Shown here: piece by piece, positions 57,806-64,000 of the stretch | How the letters are laid out: the number at the start of each line of letters is the position of its first letter | How positions within the stretch are numbered: position 1 is the stretch's first letter | Origin: Eledone cirrhosa | Lineage: Eukaryota | DNA: 64,000 nt | Assembly: GCA_964016885.1 (NCBI GenBank) | Contig: OZ024755.1 | Location: 23,126,001-23,190,000, forward strand | Direction of reading: 5' to 3' | Made by a program: the position numbers and the translations under genes | Notes under the pieces: model-generated | The model's database searches: none | Seen by the model: only the letters and a program-made list of their open reading frames with translations | Told to the model about the DNA's origin: nothing

Positions 57806-57849
57806 TACCTCATTTTACTAGTCTCATTTTACTATATATATATATATTC

Positions 57850-57889
<40 letters not shown>

Positions 57890-57950
57890 ATATATATATT
57901 CATATATATATTCATATATATATATATATATATATATATTCATATATATA

Positions 57951-57988
<38 letters not shown>

Positions 57989-58068
57989 TATATATATTCA
58001 TATATATATATATATATATATATTCATTTATATATTCATATATATATATACATATATATATTCATATA

Positions 58069-58180
<112 letters not shown>

Positions 58181-58272
58181 TATATATATATGTATATATA
58201 TTCATATATATATATGTATATATATTCATATATATATATATGTATATATATTCATATATATATATATATATA

Positions 58273-58414
<142 letters not shown>

Positions 58415-58450
58415 TATATATATATATATATATATATATTCATATATATA

Positions 58451-58486
<36 letters not shown>

Positions 58487-58526
58487 TATATATATATATA
58501 TATATTCATATATATATATATATATA

Positions 58527-58560
<34 letters not shown>

Positions 58561-58582
58561 TATATATATATATATATATATA

Positions 58583-58620
<38 letters not shown>

Positions 58621-58642
58621 TATATATATATATATATATATA

Positions 58643-58682
<40 letters not shown>

Positions 58683-58720
58683 TATATATATATATATATA
58701 TTCATATATATATATATATA

Positions 58721-58754
<34 letters not shown>

Positions 58755-58776
58755 TATATATATATATATATATATA

Positions 58777-58876
<100 letters not shown>

Positions 58877-58898
58877 TATATATATATATATATATATA

Positions 58899-58936
<38 letters not shown>

Positions 58937-58958
58937 TATATATATATATATATATATA

Positions 58959-58992
<34 letters not shown>

Positions 58993-59076
58993 TATATATA
59001 TATATATACATATATATATATTCATATATATATATATATATATATATATTCATATATATATATATATATATATATA

Positions 59077-59112
<36 letters not shown>

Positions 59113-59134
59113 TATATATATATATATATATATA

Positions 59135-59170
<36 letters not shown>

Positions 59171-59186
59171 TATATATATATATATA

Positions 59187-59274
<88 letters not shown>

Positions 59275-59305
59275 TATATATATATATATATTCATATATA
59301 TATAT

Positions 59306-59346
<41 letters not shown>

Positions 59347-59386
59347 TATATATATATATATATGAATATATATATATATATATATA

Positions 59387-59422
<36 letters not shown>

Positions 59423-59446
59423 TATATATATATATATATATATATA

Positions 59447-59555
<109 letters not shown>

Positions 59556-59963
59556 TATATATATATATATATATTCATATATATATATATGAATATATAT
59601 ATATATATATATATATATTCATATATATATATATGAATATATATATATATATATATATATATTCATATATATATATATGAATATATATATATATTCATAT
59701 ATATATATATATATATATATATTCATATATATATATATATATATATATATTCATATATATATATATATATATATATATTCATATATATATATATATATAT
59801 ATATATTCATATATATATATATTCATATATATATTCATATATATATATATTCATATATATATTCATATATATATATATTCATATATATATATATATATAT
59901 ATATATTCATATATATATATATATTCATATATATATATATATATATATATTCATATATATATA

Positions 59964-59997
<34 letters not shown>

Positions 59998-60013
59998 TAT
60001 ATATATATATATA

Positions 60014-60225
<212 letters not shown>

Positions 60226-60229
60226 TATA

Positions 60230-60581
<352 letters not shown>

Positions 60582-60709
60582 AAGTTATATTTAAAATTGT
60601 TGGGTTACAACTAGTAAATATTTATAACTGATATAAAAGCACTCGACAAATACTTGGAGTATATTTACAATATTAAATAAATGGAAAACTATATTTATAA
60701 AACCATATC

Positions 60710-60775
60710 TATTTCATTATATATATTTCGGGGATATCATATTAACAATATGCTATGCCTTCATCAGACAAAATA
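60710..60775 (-). ncRNA. Type I hammerhead motif in the PLE pLTR
   Basis: tattttgt-CTGATGA-agg..catatt/aatatg..cc-GAAA-tatata-TA-atgaaata; 8-bp stem I with two G-U pairs. Confidence 0.68.
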
Positions 60776-60867
60776 CAATATAAACAGTTTTATAGATAAA
60801 TATATTCGACATACCGTAATAAACATCAACTTCATTTGAAGAGGTTCACTCTAGCAGTGAAAATACA

Positions 60868-62558
60868 GTGCCCAGGAAACCGAAGATCAATATGAAGGAC
60901 CACAAGAGGAATTTTGAGATTGACCTGCCAGTTAGATTAATCGCACCTTCAAAATCGGACCTGGGCAAATTAAGCAAAAACATTCTTGACAGGGTGATAC
61001 TGCAAATTAAGAACTTGGATTATGTATCTAACCTGAGCTTGTGGAAGGGAACCGGAGAGGTTGTTGAGTGGTTTAGGCAAATTAAATATGACAATAATAA
61101 TAGGTTTATTCAACTTGATATAGCTAACTATTATTCTTCTATTACCCCTAGTCTACTAAATAAGGCACTAAATTACGCATTCAAACATACGGACCTAACT
61201 AGCAAAGAAATGCATATTATATTATCGGCTAGGAAAACTTTGATAGAATTTGATGACAAATTATGGACCAGAGCAGATAGAGATAGCAATTTTGACATAA
61301 CTATGGGATCTTCCGACTCAGCTCAAGTAACTGACCTTGTGGGCTTATTTTTAATCAATTCGCTACATAGGAAAATACCTGGTACTACCGGAGGTTTATA
61401 TAGGGATGACATGCTTTTACTCATTAATAATAATAACCCTGAACTAAATAGAAAATGTAAACAAATTACAAAATTTTTTAATTACTTTAACCTTAAAATA
61501 GAAATTGAGAACAACCATAGAATAGTCAATTTCCTAGATATAACATTAAATCTCAACACATGTCTCCACTATCCTTTTCACAAGTTGAATGAAAACTTAA
61601 ACTATGTCAACTTTAACTCTAACCACCCCAGATCTGTCAAAAACACTATAGTAAACTCAGTCCAAAAGCGTATCTCTAGGATCTCGTCGAATAGAAAGAT
61701 TTTTGACGAAAAGGCCCAATACTATAATGATGCACTAGCTAGGGCAGGGTATGCTGATAAGATTGTGTACATAGATAATGATAAACAAACTAAACAAAGT
61801 AACAACTTTTTTAATTATGGCAACAACATTAACAACTATAATAGAAAGCATTACAATAATTCCAAAGGACAAAAAAGAAATAGAACTAGGAACATAATTT
61901 GGTTTGCCCCCCCTTTCTCACTAAACATTAAAACCCACATCGCTAAATTATTTTTCAAAGCTCTTGATAATCGCTTCCCTAGAACACATAGGTACCACTC
62001 AATCTTCAATAGGCATACAATTAAATTAACCTATTCATCCACCAAAATTTAGCACAAAATATTAATAGAATAAATAATAGGAACTTAAAAACTACTGATA
62101 ATAGCATAAATAATATACAAGTTAACAAATGCAACTGTAGAGATAGATCTAAATGTCCGTTAAATAACAACTGCTTAGTTAAAAATATAGTATACAATTG
62201 TAATGTTAATACTGACTCTAATTCTTTTAACTACGTCGGTTCCACATCGACGGAATTTAAACTTCGCTATAATAACCACAAGAATTCTTTCACAGATCCA
62301 AATAAAAAATCTTCAACGGCACTATCAGGTGTACTCTGGCAACTTAAGCTAGATAACGTTAGATATTCGACGGCTTGGAATATAGTCTCAAGAGGGATTC
62401 CTTTTAATCCATCCTCTGAGACATGTGACCTCTGCGCAGAGGAGATATTCTTTATACTAAAATCTAAAAATTCCCTTAACCTACGGACAAATTTATTCAG
62501 TTGTTGCAAACATAGATTAAACTCAACGTTTAAATATAAATTTAAATTTAAAATGTAG
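60868..62558 (+). CDS. PLE reverse transcriptase plus GIY-YIG endonuclease, 5'-truncated, one frameshift near 62046
   Basis: RT motifs IQLDIANYYSSI, FDITMGS, YRDD, NFLDITL, SNHP. After the shift: CNCRDRSKCPLNNNCL, NIVY..YVGST, FKLRYNNH, CDLC, CCKH; stop at 62556-62558. Confidence 0.88.
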
Positions 62559-63698
62559 TATATTTAGTTTGATTTATATTTATATGAGAACTAGCCGATA
62601 AATCTTTTGATTCCTAAATCTTTGATTCCCTCTTTTTTTACTGTTTATTTTATTGTATTTATTTTTATTTTATTTTATTTTTTATTTTTTATTTTTTATT
62701 TTTATTTTTATCTAAACATTCCTCATGAAAAATTAAGCTACCCTAAAAGCCGATGCTCCAAATTTTATGAATTAACCTTACACTTGATAAACTTATATAT
62801 TAAATATAGGAACATATGTAGACATTATTGGACATCATAAACTTTTTTTTTTTTTTTTTGCGATATTCCTTGCTAGATGTGATTTGATAGATAATTTTTG
62901 GCTTTGTCTTGTAGTGAACTTGGCAATATATTGTCAATTAACCTTGAAGGGTTGTTCTTTGTGGTTTATTTTTTATTTTTATTTTTATTTTTATTTTTAT
63001 TTTTATTTTTATTTTTATTTTTATTTTTATTCTTTTAGTATTGTAGTATTCTATAATATTTTTATATTTTTATTTTTATTTTTTATTTTTTATTTTATTT
63101 TATTTTTATTTTTATTTTTAATATTTTTATATGTAAAGTTTTAATACGTAATAATTTTAAAACATAGTATTTTTAATATGCAATATTTTTATTATGTAAT
63201 ATTCTTTCGTAATATTCTTTTTTAGTTTTCTATTCTATATTTTTATATTTTTATATATTTTTACTTATTATCATTATTATTGTTATCTCTGCTTATAATA
63301 TAATATATATTTTCGATTAGTATATTGAAATCTGCTCTCTATTTCTGCTTGATAGATAATCTTGTAGAGTAATCGCAAGAATAATAATACGCTCAAATGT
63401 TTATACCACATTGAGAATGTTTTCCGGTAACTTTGAATTTGCGGAGTGAATCAGTTGGATTCACATAGACATATGAATTTTTTAAAAAACTAAACATAAG
63501 ATAATGAATTTTCACGCATTGTGAATACTTGTTTCATTCAGGAATACTGATATTTACAATATAGTGTAAGTTTTATAAATACTAATACATTAAAACATAG
63601 GGTTTTCTACGCCTCGAATATGTCTGGCTATTTTTAAATTTTTCTCTCTCTATATCTCTCTATATCTCTCTATATCTCCCTTACATTAATACTTGAGC

Positions 63699-63733
<35 letters not shown>

Positions 63734-64000
63734 ATGCATCATTGATACACTTACTCAAAATGACCTCCCACTACCTAATTTTTCTATATCTATATTTATA
63801 TATGTATCTATCTCTATTTCCTCTCTCTATATATATATATATATATCTCTTTCGGTCTCTTTACATGAAGCTCTTCGCTTTATCTATTTTTCCATCTCTC
63901 TATTTTGTCCCATGCATTTCTTCTTTTTCTTTTTCTTCTTTTTCTTCCTTTTCTTCGTTTCGTCTTTCTTTCTTTCTTATTTCCCTCTTTTCTCTCTCTC

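Larger units (their letters stand above)
56887..57826 (-). mobile_element. Retrozyme-like / non-autonomous PLE partial tandem, 590-bp unit
   Basis: 56887-57235 equals 57477-57826 (one extra T seen); one minus-strand HHR per copy; no credible ORF. Confidence 0.82.

Overview
AT-rich, repeat-saturated animal genomic DNA. The SINE and LINE repertoire suggests a cephalopod, probably an octopus (my inference). I see no host protein-coding exon, and nearly all listed ORFs are translations of (TA)n-derived microsatellites. The real coding sequence is all from transposable elements: a decayed hAT transposase (7.9-9.9 kb), R4/Dong-like and Hero-like non-LTR fragments (27-29.4 kb), RTE fragments, an uninterrupted 5'-truncated CR1-type RT (52.9-54.9 kb), and a Penelope-like element (PLE, 60.6-62.6 kb) whose GIY-YIG endonuclease lies behind a 1-nt frameshift and is missing from the ORF track. 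There are also Helitrons, MITEs and two tRNA-derived SINE families. The main hidden signal is RNA structure. I hand-folded about 19 type I hammerhead ribozyme (HHR) motifs from about 11 sequence families, most in short non-coding inserts in or beside (TA)n tracts. Many have palindromic stem III, and several occur in inverted duplications. Two are young, non-coding partial-tandem elements with one HHR per repeat (465-nt unit at 50.7-51.5 kb; 590-nt unit with a U3-A8 core at 56.9-57.8 kb). Both look like retrozymes or non-autonomous PLEs that could release monomeric or circular RNA, and they lie next to a near-intact PLE that is a candidate mobiliser. All folds and alignments were done by eye, and element boundaries are approximate unless stated.
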